From Candidatus Cloacimonadota bacterium (GTDB lineage Bacteria; Cloacimonadota; Cloacimonadia; JGIOTU-2), in the NCBI GenBank assembly GCA_049903315.1, contig JBNGBT010000012.1:1-64000 (forward strand): 64,000 nt of DNA. Reading direction: 5' to 3'. Positions 47,329 through 56,517 of the stretch are shown piece after piece. Each line of letters begins with the position of its first letter. Within the stretch, counting starts at the first letter, position 1. Under the pieces are notes generated by a model. That model did no database searches, was not told the origin of the DNA, and saw only the letters and a program-made list of their open reading frames with translations. A program made the translations under genes and the position numbers.

Positions 47329-48651
47329 TTACATGTCTTCAAACCGCTCTACACACTCGATGTTCTGATTCTTCAGTTCATCAAGCACAGGCAGGTAAAT
47401 TTCAGGATTGACAGGTATTTTCACACCTTTTTCCTGAATCTTTCCTTCAAGAATGAGTTTCACGGCAATTGCTGCCGGTAACCCAACGGTTCGTGACATC
47501 GAGGAGTCACCATTCGGAATACCGTAATCGATCATTGTCGAAGTAATATGTTGTTTTTTATCCTGAAATTCAGCAATAAATTCGTGATGAAGCACGAGCA
47601 GATCACGCTCGCCCGGTTCGTAGGTCAGCTTCTCATTGAGGGCATTGCAGAATACATCCATGGCTGTGCCTTTATCCAAACCAATCACCTTATCGCTGAG
47701 GAGCCCAAGCCATTCCACTCTGTACAAAGGATTTGCATCAAATGGAAGATCCCACTGTGTGGCAAGATTCTCTTTCAGTGTCTTATGAGTTTTTTCAGTG
47801 ACCAATTTTTCCATAAAATCAGCGTAGGTTAAATCCTCGAGATCATATTTCTTTTCATCATCAAGGATGCCAAGGTCAACGATCTTCTTCATCGTCGCAC
47901 ACCAGCCGGGATAGCGAAGCGTACCGCGGAACATCGTGTTTGTATCTTTGATGCTGTATATATCAACATAAGGAACAGAATTTCTATTTGGATAACCTTC
48001 GAGTTTACCAAACCCGGGAATTTCAACTTCCCAGTGATGGGCAAAAAGTTCCGGTCCCGGCACATCAACGATCTTGCAATTCTCCAGCCATTTCGCTGCA
48101 TTCTTTCCTGCCATGACCACGCCGCGCGGACTCCAGGAGAATTTGTATCCCCACGGATTTGTATTCGCTTCCGGTGCAGGAAGTCCTCCGCAGTACGATC
48201 TGAAACTCAAAATACGTCCATTATTCTCTTTCACTCCATCGATGACCCTCATTGCAGACATGTGGTCGATACCGGGATCAACGCCGATCTCATTGAGGAT
48301 GAGTACATCTGCATCACGGGCATCTTCATCGAGTTCCCGCATTGCATCGCTCACATATGATGTCGTGACCATATGCTTGCCGTGTTTGATGCAAAGTTTT
48401 GCTACTTTCACATGATACGTATATGGCAACAAACTCACTGAGAGATCGTGCTCGGAAACAAGTTTCTCCAACATTGCATCATCAGTGACATTCAGTTCAA
48501 CGGGGGTTCCATTCGGATGATTAGCGACAAGTTTTTCTGCCTTGCTCACAGTTCTGCTTGCAACAGTTACCATAAAATCTTTTTGAGCAAGGAGATAATT
48601 CACATGAGGTCTGGAGACAAGTCCAGCTCCCAAAATCAGTACTTTTTTCAT
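47329..48651 (-). CDS. Saccharopine dehydrogenase (Lys9/AASS SDH-domain type)
   Basis: VLILGAGLV, SLLPY, TTSYVS, NEIGVDPGIDH, SYCGGLP, YKFSWSP, YPNRNS, RGTLRY, MSRTVG. Start ATG 48651. Confidence 0.9.
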   Translation of the reverse strand: MKKVLILGAGLVSRPHVNYLLAQKDFMVTVASRTVSKAEKLVANHPNGTPVELNVTDDAMLEKLVSEHDLSVSLLPYTYHVKVAKLCIKHGKHMVTTSYVSDAMRELDEDARDADVLILNEIGVDPGIDHMSAMRVIDGVKENNGRILSFRSYCGGLPAPEANTNPWGYKFSWSPRGVVMAGKNAAKWLENCKIVDVPGPELFAHHWEVEIPGFGKLEGYPNRNSVPYVDIYSIKDTNTMFRGTLRYPGWCATMKKIVDLGILDDEKKYDLEDLTYADFMEKLVTEKTHKTLKENLATQWDLPFDANPLYRVEWLGLLSDKVIGLDKGTAMDVFCNALNEKLTYEPGERDLLVLHHEFIAEFQDKKQHITSTMIDYGIPNGDSSMSRTVGLPAAIAVKLILEGKIQEKGVKIPVNPEIYLPVLDELKNQNIECVERFEDM

Positions 48652-48664
48652 TGAAATATCCTTT

Positions 48665-49975
48665 CTATTCTGATAAAAATTTTTTAATAAATGTATAGTC
48701 TGAGGTAAGATTGCCATCATAGAGGATCAGAGCATGGAGAAGTTCTTTTGGAAGTTCCGTTTTATCAAGACTACCTTTTTTGTGTGCTTCTAAAAGCTGT
48801 GGAACAAAATCCACCAATGCTTCACTGAAAGAGCGGGATGCATCCTTTGGAATTTCACAGGGCAGGTTGTCACGACCCACTACAATAACACCCTTGCCTT
48901 CATTCCCGTCGACCACATCGTCTGTCATCGGATCATACATATAGGTCGGATTATCGGGCTCAGTAATCTTACTTGTGATCTCGATCGAGCCCTCGATATC
49001 GCAGCTTACATCCCCTATCACTTTGAGTTTAAACTGTTTCCCATTTTTTACAAACTCTTTCAATGCTGCTTTCGTCACGAATTTTGGACTGCCGAGTGAC
49101 CAGAAGATACAATTCATCAGAATCGTAAGATGCGGTATGTATTGCGTAAATTGAGATGTATAATTTTCAGGATGTTTAAAATAATCATGCAATTCAAATT
49201 TTTCAGATTCATCTTTTGGTTTCACAATATCCACTTCTTTGAACACAACTTTGTAGATGTGGTTTTGGGATATTTCTTTTTGTTCTTTTAACGAGAGAAG
49301 TTCTTCAGGAGAAATTTCAATAAGCGGGAAACAATCCAGTATTTCCTGCGCACCTTTGGACACATTTCCATAACCGGTAAAACCTACTACCAGCGGACAG
49401 ATCTCTTTCGGGAGATCGTTTTCTGAAATTTCTTCACCGATTTTTTTGAGTGCACTTTTTATATCGTCGACAGATTCATATTCATATGCTTTTTTGATCT
49501 CATTAAAAGGGGTTTTGAAACCCTCATATTCAAGTCGCTGTCCGTACGCCCAGAGCGAATCGACCATACCAGCAATGCCCGCATGCCGTCCAAAAAATAT
49601 CAAACGCTGCCCTTTGTCATTCTCGATCTTTTCATAATCGATCAGATTGCATTTTTGGTCAATCAACCGCTGCAGCATCGGCATGTTGTAGAGCTGCCCT
49701 TTTATCACATGGGAGAAAAACACATACGTTTTCCCAGGCAGGAAAAATGTTGCCGGCATCTCTTTCACGCCGAAAACAACGTGACATTCGGAAAGATCTT
49801 CTTGTATGATCGCTCCTGCTTTTTTGTATTCATCATCGGTAAAAACGCGAATATTGGAAGGTTGTACAAAGGTCTTTATGTCGAATTTCTCTTTCAGATA
49901 TTGCACATGTTCCGGTGTGAGAGCGACTCGTCGTTCCCATTTGCTTTTATCTTCTCTTCGGATTCCTATCTTCAT
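48665..49975 (-). CDS. Lysine-ketoglutarate reductase (AASS LKR-domain type)
   Basis: GIRREDK..WERRVALTP, GVKE, FFSHVIKGQ, IDYE, FFGRHAG, GYGNVSKGA, DVSCDIEGS, DNLP. Confidence 0.85.
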   Translation of the reverse strand: MKIGIRREDKSKWERRVALTPEHVQYLKEKFDIKTFVQPSNIRVFTDDEYKKAGAIIQEDLSECHVVFGVKEMPATFFLPGKTYVFFSHVIKGQLYNMPMLQRLIDQKCNLIDYEKIENDKGQRLIFFGRHAGIAGMVDSLWAYGQRLEYEGFKTPFNEIKKAYEYESVDDIKSALKKIGEEISENDLPKEICPLVVGFTGYGNVSKGAQEILDCFPLIEISPEELLSLKEQKEISQNHIYKVVFKEVDIVKPKDESEKFELHDYFKHPENYTSQFTQYIPHLTILMNCIFWSLGSPKFVTKAALKEFVKNGKQFKLKVIGDVSCDIEGSIEITSKITEPDNPTYMYDPMTDDVVDGNEGKGVIVVGRDNLPCEIPKDASRSFSEALVDFVPQLLEAHKKGSLDKTELPKELLHALILYDGNLTSDYTFIKKFLSE

Positions 49976-49977
49976 AT

Positions 49978-51219
49978 TTATATCTCGTCAAATACTGATT
50001 TTATTCGCTTCAGTGCATCTCTGAGTTGATCTTCGGTAATGACCAATGGCGGAGCAAAACGAATAATATGTTCATGGGTTGGTTTGGCAAGAATGCCTTT
50101 TTCTTTCAGCTTAAGGCACACTTTCCATGCATCGATGCCGTCTTTGGGTTTGATGACCACTGCATTGAGAAGTCCTTTTCCGCGCACGATTTCTATAAGC
50201 GTGGAGTCGATTGCTTCGAGTTCTGCACGGAATATTTTTCCCAGTCTTTCTGCATTTTCAGTAAGTTTTTCATCTTTTATAACATTAAGAGCTGCAGTTG
50301 CCACGGCACAGGCAAGGGGAAATCCGCCAAATGTCGAACCGTGCTCACCGGGTTTGATCGTAAGCATAATATCCCTATTGGAAAGTACTGCACTCACCGG
50401 AATCACACCACCGGAAATTGCCTTGCCGAGGATCAACACATCGGGTTTAACGTTTTCATAATCACATGCGAGCAGACGACCTGTTCTACCGATGCCTGAT
50501 TGTACTTCATCGGCAACGAAAAGTACATTGTATTTTTTACAAATCTCGTAGCATTTTTTTACATATCCCTCATCTGGCACAAACACGCCGGCTTCACCCT
50601 GAATGGGTTCAACAATGAATGCACATACCTCATCACCCTGCTCTTGTAAAACCTTTTCCAGCGCTTCGGTGTTATTATAGGGTATTTTAATGATGCCGGG
50701 CAGATATGGTCCGAAATTTTTTCTGCAATCGGGATCTGTTGATGCGGAGATAACTGCGAGTGTTCTACCGTGGAAATTATTTTCACAGAAAATGATCTTC
50801 GCTTTATTATCCTCGATGCCTTTTTTGACATATCCCCATCTGCGCGCAAGCTTCATTGCAGTTTCCACGCCTTCGACACCTGTATTCATGGGCAGAACCA
50901 TCTCAAATCCGAAATAATCTGTGACAAACTTCTCGTATTCACCAAGCTTATTATTAAAAAATGCGCGGGAAGTGAGAGTAAGTACTTTTGCCTGCTCGAT
51001 CAAAGCATTTATGATTTTAGGATGACAATGTCCCTGGTTCACTGCGGAATACGCAGAGAGAAAATCAAAATATTTATTTCCTTCGGGATCCCACACAAAC
51101 GGACCTTCACCTTTTGCGATTACGACAGGAAGCGGGTGGTAATTATGTGCTCCGTAGGTTTCTTCGAGCTCCATTGCTTTTTCGCTTGATATATTTCCGA
51201 ATTCAAGTTTTGCAGCCAT
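49978..51219 (-). CDS. rocD: Ornithine--oxo-acid transaminase
   Basis: [65 protein letters not shown]. Confidence 0.95.
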   Translation of the reverse strand: MAAKLEFGNISSEKAMELEETYGAHNYHPLPVVIAKGEGPFVWDPEGNKYFDFLSAYSAVNQGHCHPKIINALIEQAKVLTLTSRAFFNNKLGEYEKFVTDYFGFEMVLPMNTGVEGVETAMKLARRWGYVKKGIEDNKAKIIFCENNFHGRTLAVISASTDPDCRKNFGPYLPGIIKIPYNNTEALEKVLQEQGDEVCAFIVEPIQGEAGVFVPDEGYVKKCYEICKKYNVLFVADEVQSGIGRTGRLLACDYENVKPDVLILGKAISGGVIPVSAVLSNRDIMLTIKPGEHGSTFGGFPLACAVATAALNVIKDEKLTENAERLGKIFRAELEAIDSTLIEIVRGKGLLNAVVIKPKDGIDAWKVCLKLKEKGILAKPTHEHIIRFAPPLVITEDQLRDALKRIKSVFDEI

Positions 51220-51327
51220 AGTTACTCCGTCTATTTTTTGACTCTTTGTGCTGTCTGATTATCGAATGTCAAGGATAGTGACTATTGTTGATTGCTGCAT
51301 ATGATTATTATTTTTTCGTATAAGATT

Positions 51328-51478
51328 AACCACGAAAAGCACGAAAATAATTTAAACCACAGATTAACACGGATTGAAACTAATGAGAAGAACCAACTGT
51401 CATGGATCATTCCGTGAAGGTATAATAAACTCACGCAAAGTCCGCAAAGAAATAAATCACGCGGAGAACGCTGAGAGG
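51328..51478. repeat. Cluster of several short dispersed repeat types
   Basis: aaccacgaaaagcacgaaaa; aaccacagattaacacg (17-nt match to the reverse complement within 25284-25313); cacgcaaagtccgcaaag; cacgcggagaacgctgagag. Confidence 0.55.
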
Positions 51479-51574
51479 TAGATAACTTTTTTAATTATTG
51501 CTTCATTGATTAGAATTTAATGGAATGACTATTTATCATATAAGATTTAGATTAGAACTTCGCGACTAATGGTA

Positions 51575-52915
51575 TTAATACTTCAAATTACTTCCACCAA
51601 TAAATTCACGTAAGACTGAATGTGCAGGAACCGAAGAAGCATCTTCAATAGGAATCACTTCCTGCAAAAATTCTCGAACCCGGCTTGCTCTTGTGAAGGC
51701 ATCCTCTTTTAATGGATCACCTTTGAATTTCTCTGTCCACTCCTCGAACAGATTCAGCATCCTGCTCGCATACAAAGCGATCTCGTAAGGCATGGCACTG
51801 TTTATGATATAATCGGCAGTGTTTATGTAGGGGATTATATTTCGCAACTCACTACTGCGCACATAATGCCAGTGCTCGAGGGTTTGCTGAGGATTATATG
51901 CCCGATGTGTGGCATCCCGAAGCATTCTGCGGATCAGGCGCAGGTCTGTCCAGCGGATGTAATGTCCTTTTTCATTCTTCATTTGTAGAAGCGGTTCGAG
52001 GTACAGCTTGAATTTTATCTCATTGGCAACATCTTTGGTCATTGCCGGAAAAAGTCCATGCAGACTGTCTATAAGCAAAATCTGATGATTGTCCAATTTC
52101 ATTTTTGTCCGATTCAGATAACGAGTACCTGTTTTAAAATCATAAAAGGGAATGACGACCTCTTTGCCTTCGCAGAGTGCGGCGATATGCTCATTTATCA
52201 AGGGCAGGTCGAGTGCCTGCGGTGTTTCAAAATCATAGTCCCCGAACTCATCTTTGGGATGCATTTCAAGATTGAAGAAGTAGTGATCAACATTAAGCGT
52301 GACAAAGCTCAATTCATGTTTTTTCAGACTCTGTTCCAGCTTGATGGTTGTCGTAGTTTTCCCTGAAGAAGACGGTCCGCTAATCATCACAAGCTTGATC
52401 TTTTCTTCGCGTTCAAGGATGAGATCTGCTGCTATGTTTACTTCATTTTCGTATGCACTTTCTGACTCATGAACGATGTGCGGGAACTCTCCATTTTCTA
52501 TACGTGCATTCATTTTTGCTATTGTATTGAGATCATTTTTTGCAGCCCAATCGAGTACTTTCCAGAGCTTTGCCCAGGGAATATTTTCCGAAGGATGAGA
52601 AAGTTTTTGATTCCTCTCTTCCCGCTTCCGGTTCTGCTCGTTGCGATAAAGGATGTACTCTTTCGCAACTTCGTCGTGCCCGTTCTTAATCAGGACCTGT
52701 TCAACAATATCCTGTATATCTTCTACGTGGGGAGGATCATCATTAGAATAGTTCTTTTTAACAATTTCTACAACCTGTTTGGCGAGACCTTCAGCTGGTT
52801 TTCTGTCTCTGCCGCCCACTGCAATTGCAGCTCTATATATAGCGTTCGAAATGCGGAGAGGATTGAACCTCACCTTTGCACCGCTTCGTTTTATCACATG
52901 TGTAATTTCTGCCAT
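51575..52915 (-). CDS. ATP-cone domain + uridine/nucleoside kinase-like protein
   Basis: VIKRSG...RISNAI...VEDIQDIVEQVL...YILYR ATP cone; SGPSSSGKTT, DFETPQALD, RLIRRMLRD. Confidence 0.85.
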   Translation of the reverse strand: MAEITHVIKRSGAKVRFNPLRISNAIYRAAIAVGGRDRKPAEGLAKQVVEIVKKNYSNDDPPHVEDIQDIVEQVLIKNGHDEVAKEYILYRNEQNRKREERNQKLSHPSENIPWAKLWKVLDWAAKNDLNTIAKMNARIENGEFPHIVHESESAYENEVNIAADLILEREEKIKLVMISGPSSSGKTTTTIKLEQSLKKHELSFVTLNVDHYFFNLEMHPKDEFGDYDFETPQALDLPLINEHIAALCEGKEVVIPFYDFKTGTRYLNRTKMKLDNHQILLIDSLHGLFPAMTKDVANEIKFKLYLEPLLQMKNEKGHYIRWTDLRLIRRMLRDATHRAYNPQQTLEHWHYVRSSELRNIIPYINTADYIINSAMPYEIALYASRMLNLFEEWTEKFKGDPLKEDAFTRASRVREFLQEVIPIEDASSVPAHSVLREFIGGSNLKY

Positions 52916-52984
52916 TGTAACTCCTTTGTTGCGATTTTTGGAAGGTGCATATTTTTGTCAACTTGTGAATATGAGCGTATTACA

Positions 52985-53290
52985 CGAGTCGGTCGCGAAG
53001 GGAACGACTCGGGTTAGTCCAACCCGGCTCATCTTTGCAAGCTGAGTCGTGCTTCATTTCTGAGTAGTCAGGGACCATTCCCTGACGAAAATATGGAATG
53101 ATGATTGAAGAACGCTGATTTGAGATTTTAGATGTGATGCCGTTGGAAAGGGTAGAGCGTTCTTAAGCTGTTCAAACACCTCCCGGCTAAAGCCGTACTT
53201 CTCTTAATCGAGGAGAATTACGTTGTATTTTGATTAAACGATTTATTAAAAACAAAGGATAATTCCCCTCTCTACTTGTCGCATTGTAAT
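52985..53290. repeat. Hairpin-rich intergenic region including a GTAG-type REP
   Basis: cgagtcg/cgactcg (52985-53011); cgggtt/aacccg (53010-53026); GTAG-tcaggga-ccat-tccctga (53064-53085); aagaacgct/agcgttctt; cggctaaagccg. Confidence 0.5.
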
Positions 53291-53402
53291 CCCGATGAGT
53301 CGGTAAGAAGACGGATTGGATATTCCTCTTTATTTTTCACAAAAGCAAACTCAATAAGTTGTAATGTTTCTTCGCATAGCATCTATGATTTTTATATTAT
53401 TA

Positions 53403-53408
53403 TTGACA
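53403..53408 (+). promoter_or_regulatory. Candidate sigma70 -35 box for gcvH
   Basis: Perfect TTGACA about 80 nt upstream of the ATG; TTGACA recurs upstream of many genes here; no canonical -10 seen. Confidence 0.4.
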
Positions 53409-53487
53409 TAAAATTCCAGTGACATTTTTCAAGCTACAAAATATTGTAAATCATGAAATTTATCAATCATCATAGTAAGGAGCTTTT

Positions 53488-53865
53488 ATGGTAAAAGATG
53501 AACTTTTATATACAGATACCCATGAATGGATCAAAATCGACGGCAAAATTGCCACAATGGGAATCACGGATTACGCACAAAAAGAACTTGGTGATATTGT
53601 CTATGTGGAGCTTCCTGAAGTTGATAGCGAGCTTTCTGCCGGTGATATTCTGGCAACTGTCGAAGCAGTGAAAGCTGTTGAAGAAATATACATTCCTGTG
53701 AGCGGCATCATTGTAGATGTGAACGAGCAGCTTGCAGATGCATCCGATCTTATGAATGCCAGTCCCTATGATGAGGGCTGGATCGCAAAGTTTGAGATTT
53801 CCAGCACGGACGAACTTGAGGGTTTGATGGATGCTGATGAATACAAAAAATTAATTGGTGAATAA
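53488..53865 (+). CDS. gcvH: Glycine cleavage system H protein
   Basis: HEWI, GITDYAQKELGDIVYVELP, VEAVKA (lipoyl Lys), SPYDEGW; AAGGAG RBS. Confidence 0.97.
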   Translation: MVKDELLYTDTHEWIKIDGKIATMGITDYAQKELGDIVYVELPEVDSELSAGDILATVEAVKAVEEIYIPVSGIIVDVNEQLADASDLMNASPYDEGWIAKFEISSTDELEGLMDADEYKKLIGE

Positions 53866-53893
53866 AAGAAAATAAGTTTTCCCCCTTACACGT

Positions 53894-53932
53894 AAGAAGA
53901 TCCTCCGACCCCCTGGAGGGTCTTCTTTTTTT
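53894..53932. terminator. Terminator between the convergent gcvH and MFS genes
   Basis: aagaagatcctcc-gaccccct-ggagggtcttctt followed by a T tract. Confidence 0.75.
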
Positions 53933-55184
53933 ATTTCTTCTTCTTTTCTGCCACTTTTACAAATGAATATCCCATCGACACGAGAACTCCTATGAGAATT
54001 AATGCTGCGCCCACACCAAAAGTATCAGCAAAAAATCCCATAATTGGAGACAGGATTGCGATAAAAAGTGTTTTGAGCTGAGTCTCGACCGAGAGCCCTG
54101 TTGCCATGATCTTTGCATCGATATTTTCACTGATAAAGCCAATATTCATAGGTCTTCGCACATTTTGCAGCGCATATAAAAGGACAAATAACACGATTGC
54201 CAAAATCCGTACATCAAAATAGGTTGCAACTCCTGCAATAATAACCGCAGCCAACCCAAACATATAACTTCGATTTATTGCTTGAGTGAGATATTTGAAT
54301 TTTGCTGAGAATGGTTGTGCCTTACGTGAAGAATATGCAGTGATCAGAAAGAGAACAAAATAGGTCACTGCGATGATGACGGTACTTCTTTTCTCTCCCC
54401 CGATACTTATAAGAAATGGAAGAGATAGCGCAAAGGTTTTCAGAATTGGTTGCAAATAGCCCTTAACAGAATTGAATAATCCGTCAAAACTGGCAGAATT
54501 AAAAAATGCCCGAAGCAACATTGGATTCTTGAACATCGAGATGAAGTTGTGTATCGTGCTGTTAAAATTGGTCACCACTCCTTTCAAAAAAGAGGTTCGT
54601 TCAATTTTTGAAATATCTCCATTCAAATAATTCGGATAGGTCAGCATCAGAAGTAACCCCAATACATACGGTACAACCGATGCAATGAAAACAATCCTGT
54701 AACTCTCTGCCAAGAAAACGAGTGCACCTGCGATCAGTGCAGAAATTGCAGATCCCAGCTGGGATGCTCCACGTGTATGTCCATAATAATCCACCTTGCA
54801 ATCCAGGATGCAGTTGATCTTCAGATATTCGAGAATCATGGCTTTATGGGTGCCGGAACGGAATGCTTCTCCGAAAGCAAATAAAATCATTGCCAAAGCA
54901 TACATTCCAAAGCTCGGAAAATAGTATATTATCAAGAATGAAAAAATATATGAAGCAAATGCAAGGACCATAGAAAGTTTGCGTCCGTAGCTATCAGCGA
55001 AAAACCCGGTAGGAATCTCAAGAATGGCTGTCGATATTTCGCGGATGGAAAAGAGTGTTCCGATCTGCAGGAAGGAAAATCCCATTTCTCTGAAAAAAAG
55101 GATAATAAAAGGGTCAAAAAATCTTAGATTCTTTAGAAATCCATAAGTGCAAAATTTGTAATACTGCACATTTTTAGGGATCAT
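53931..55184 (-). CDS. MFS transporter
   Basis: About 12 TM; EIPTGFFADSYGRK motif A; GEAFRSGT. Confidence 0.85.
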   Translation of the reverse strand: MIPKNVQYYKFCTYGFLKNLRFFDPFIILFFREMGFSFLQIGTLFSIREISTAILEIPTGFFADSYGRKLSMVLAFASYIFSFLIIYYFPSFGMYALAMILFAFGEAFRSGTHKAMILEYLKINCILDCKVDYYGHTRGASQLGSAISALIAGALVFLAESYRIVFIASVVPYVLGLLLMLTYPNYLNGDISKIERTSFLKGVVTNFNSTIHNFISMFKNPMLLRAFFNSASFDGLFNSVKGYLQPILKTFALSLPFLISIGGEKRSTVIIAVTYFVLFLITAYSSRKAQPFSAKFKYLTQAINRSYMFGLAAVIIAGVATYFDVRILAIVLFVLLYALQNVRRPMNIGFISENIDAKIMATGLSVETQLKTLFIAILSPIMGFFADTFGVGAALILIGVLVSMGYSFVKVAEKKKK

Positions 55185-55193
55185 GCTTGTAAT

Positions 55194-55787
55194 TTAGGAA
55201 GCTTTACTGGTAATTTGCTCCCAAATGAACTCCATCCGCGTATTCAATTTTTTTAACGAACCCTTATTTATAATAACATAATCTGCGTCTTGTTCAGAGA
55301 ATTCCTTCTGCGAATGTACACGTTCTTCTGCTTCTTCAAAGGAAAGATTAGAATGATTCACCAGCCGCTCAATCCTGGTATTCCTCGGTGCAGTTACAAG
55401 GATCACATAACCGCAGAGCTCATTCATATTCCATTGTAAAAGCAGCGCTGCATCGATCGTAATCATCGGTTCGGTATTATGCTCTATCCTTGCTAAAATT
55501 TCTTTAATAAGAGACGGGTGCACAATAGCATTGAGTTCATGGAGTTTCTGCGAGTCATGAAAAACAATCTTCCCGAGTTTTTTTCTGTCTATTTCCCCAT
55601 CCTTTAAAATTGAATCTCCAAAACACTTAATTATCTGATTCTTAATTTTCTCATTCCGCAATATCTCATGCCCAATTTTGTCCGCATTGATAACAGGAAC
55701 ACCTTTATGTATAAAAAACTCCGCAACAATGGATTTACCTGAAGCGATTGGACCTGTAATTCCGATAATCTTTTTATTCGAATTCAT
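55194..55787 (-). CDS. coaE: Dephospho-CoA kinase
   Basis: IGITGPIASGKS, ADKIGH, IDRKKLG..VF, LNAIVHP. Confidence 0.93.
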   Translation of the reverse strand: MNSNKKIIGITGPIASGKSIVAEFFIHKGVPVINADKIGHEILRNEKIKNQIIKCFGDSILKDGEIDRKKLGKIVFHDSQKLHELNAIVHPSLIKEILARIEHNTEPMITIDAALLLQWNMNELCGYVILVTAPRNTRIERLVNHSNLSFEEAEERVHSQKEFSEQDADYVIINKGSLKKLNTRMEFIWEQITSKAS

Positions 55788-56517
55788 CCATTAAAGTCTG
55801 GGTAAGTATATCAATAGAAACATTAGATTTTATAGAGCCGTTTTTGGCAGTTGAGATTTTTCCTGTCTCTTCGGAAACAACTATTACGAAGGCATCGGTC
55901 TGCTCGGAAATCCCTATCGCTGCCTGGTGGCGGGTACCGTATTTTTGAACATATTTTGTTTGATTAGTAAGCGGCAGAATAACCTTTGCGGCGACAATTT
56001 TATTGTCTTTGATAACCATTGCTCCATCATGAAGTACAGTCCTGGTATTAAAAATAGTGAGTATAAGTTTTTCGGATATTTCTGCATTAATAATTTCACC
56101 AGTTACAATATAGTCATCCAGACCCACCTTTTCCACGAGCACAAAAATACCGCCTATTCTGCTGTATGACATAGCGCGGATTGCATTGAGCAGCTCAGTG
56201 AAACGATACTCAGACTTCTGGGGAAACAGTGATCTTATAAATGGTTTCTGCCCGAATTTAATAAGCGCAGAACGAATCTCCGGCTGGAAAAGCACGACCA
56301 GTGAGATCGCCCAGATATCACGAATAATACGGACTGCAGAACCAAGAAGTGTCAGGTTAAGAAGCTCGGCGACAAAATAGATGATCACAACAAGAATCAG
56401 CCCCCACACGATCTGATATGTCTTAGATCCGTGTACAAGGAGTATTATCCTATAGATTATATAGGCGACAATTAAAATGTCTAAAACATCAAGGATATTG
56501 GGTACAAGAAAGCTCAT
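55774..56517 (-). CDS. cdaA: Diadenylate cyclase CdaA
   Basis: Three TMs; FQPEIR, LHDGA, GTRHQA, VSEETG. Confidence 0.93.
   Translation of the reverse strand: MSFLVPNILDVLDILIVAYIIYRIILLVHGSKTYQIVWGLILVVIIYFVAELLNLTLLGSAVRIIRDIWAISLVVLFQPEIRSALIKFGQKPFIRSLFPQKSEYRFTELLNAIRAMSYSRIGGIFVLVEKVGLDDYIVTGEIINAEISEKLILTIFNTRTVLHDGAMVIKDNKIVAAKVILPLTNQTKYVQKYGTRHQAAIGISEQTDAFVIVVSEETGKISTAKNGSIKSNVSIDILTQTLMDEFE

Noticed and set aside
51328..51478. CRISPR array
   Set aside because: The repeats are of differing types, short and irregularly spaced; no cas genes.
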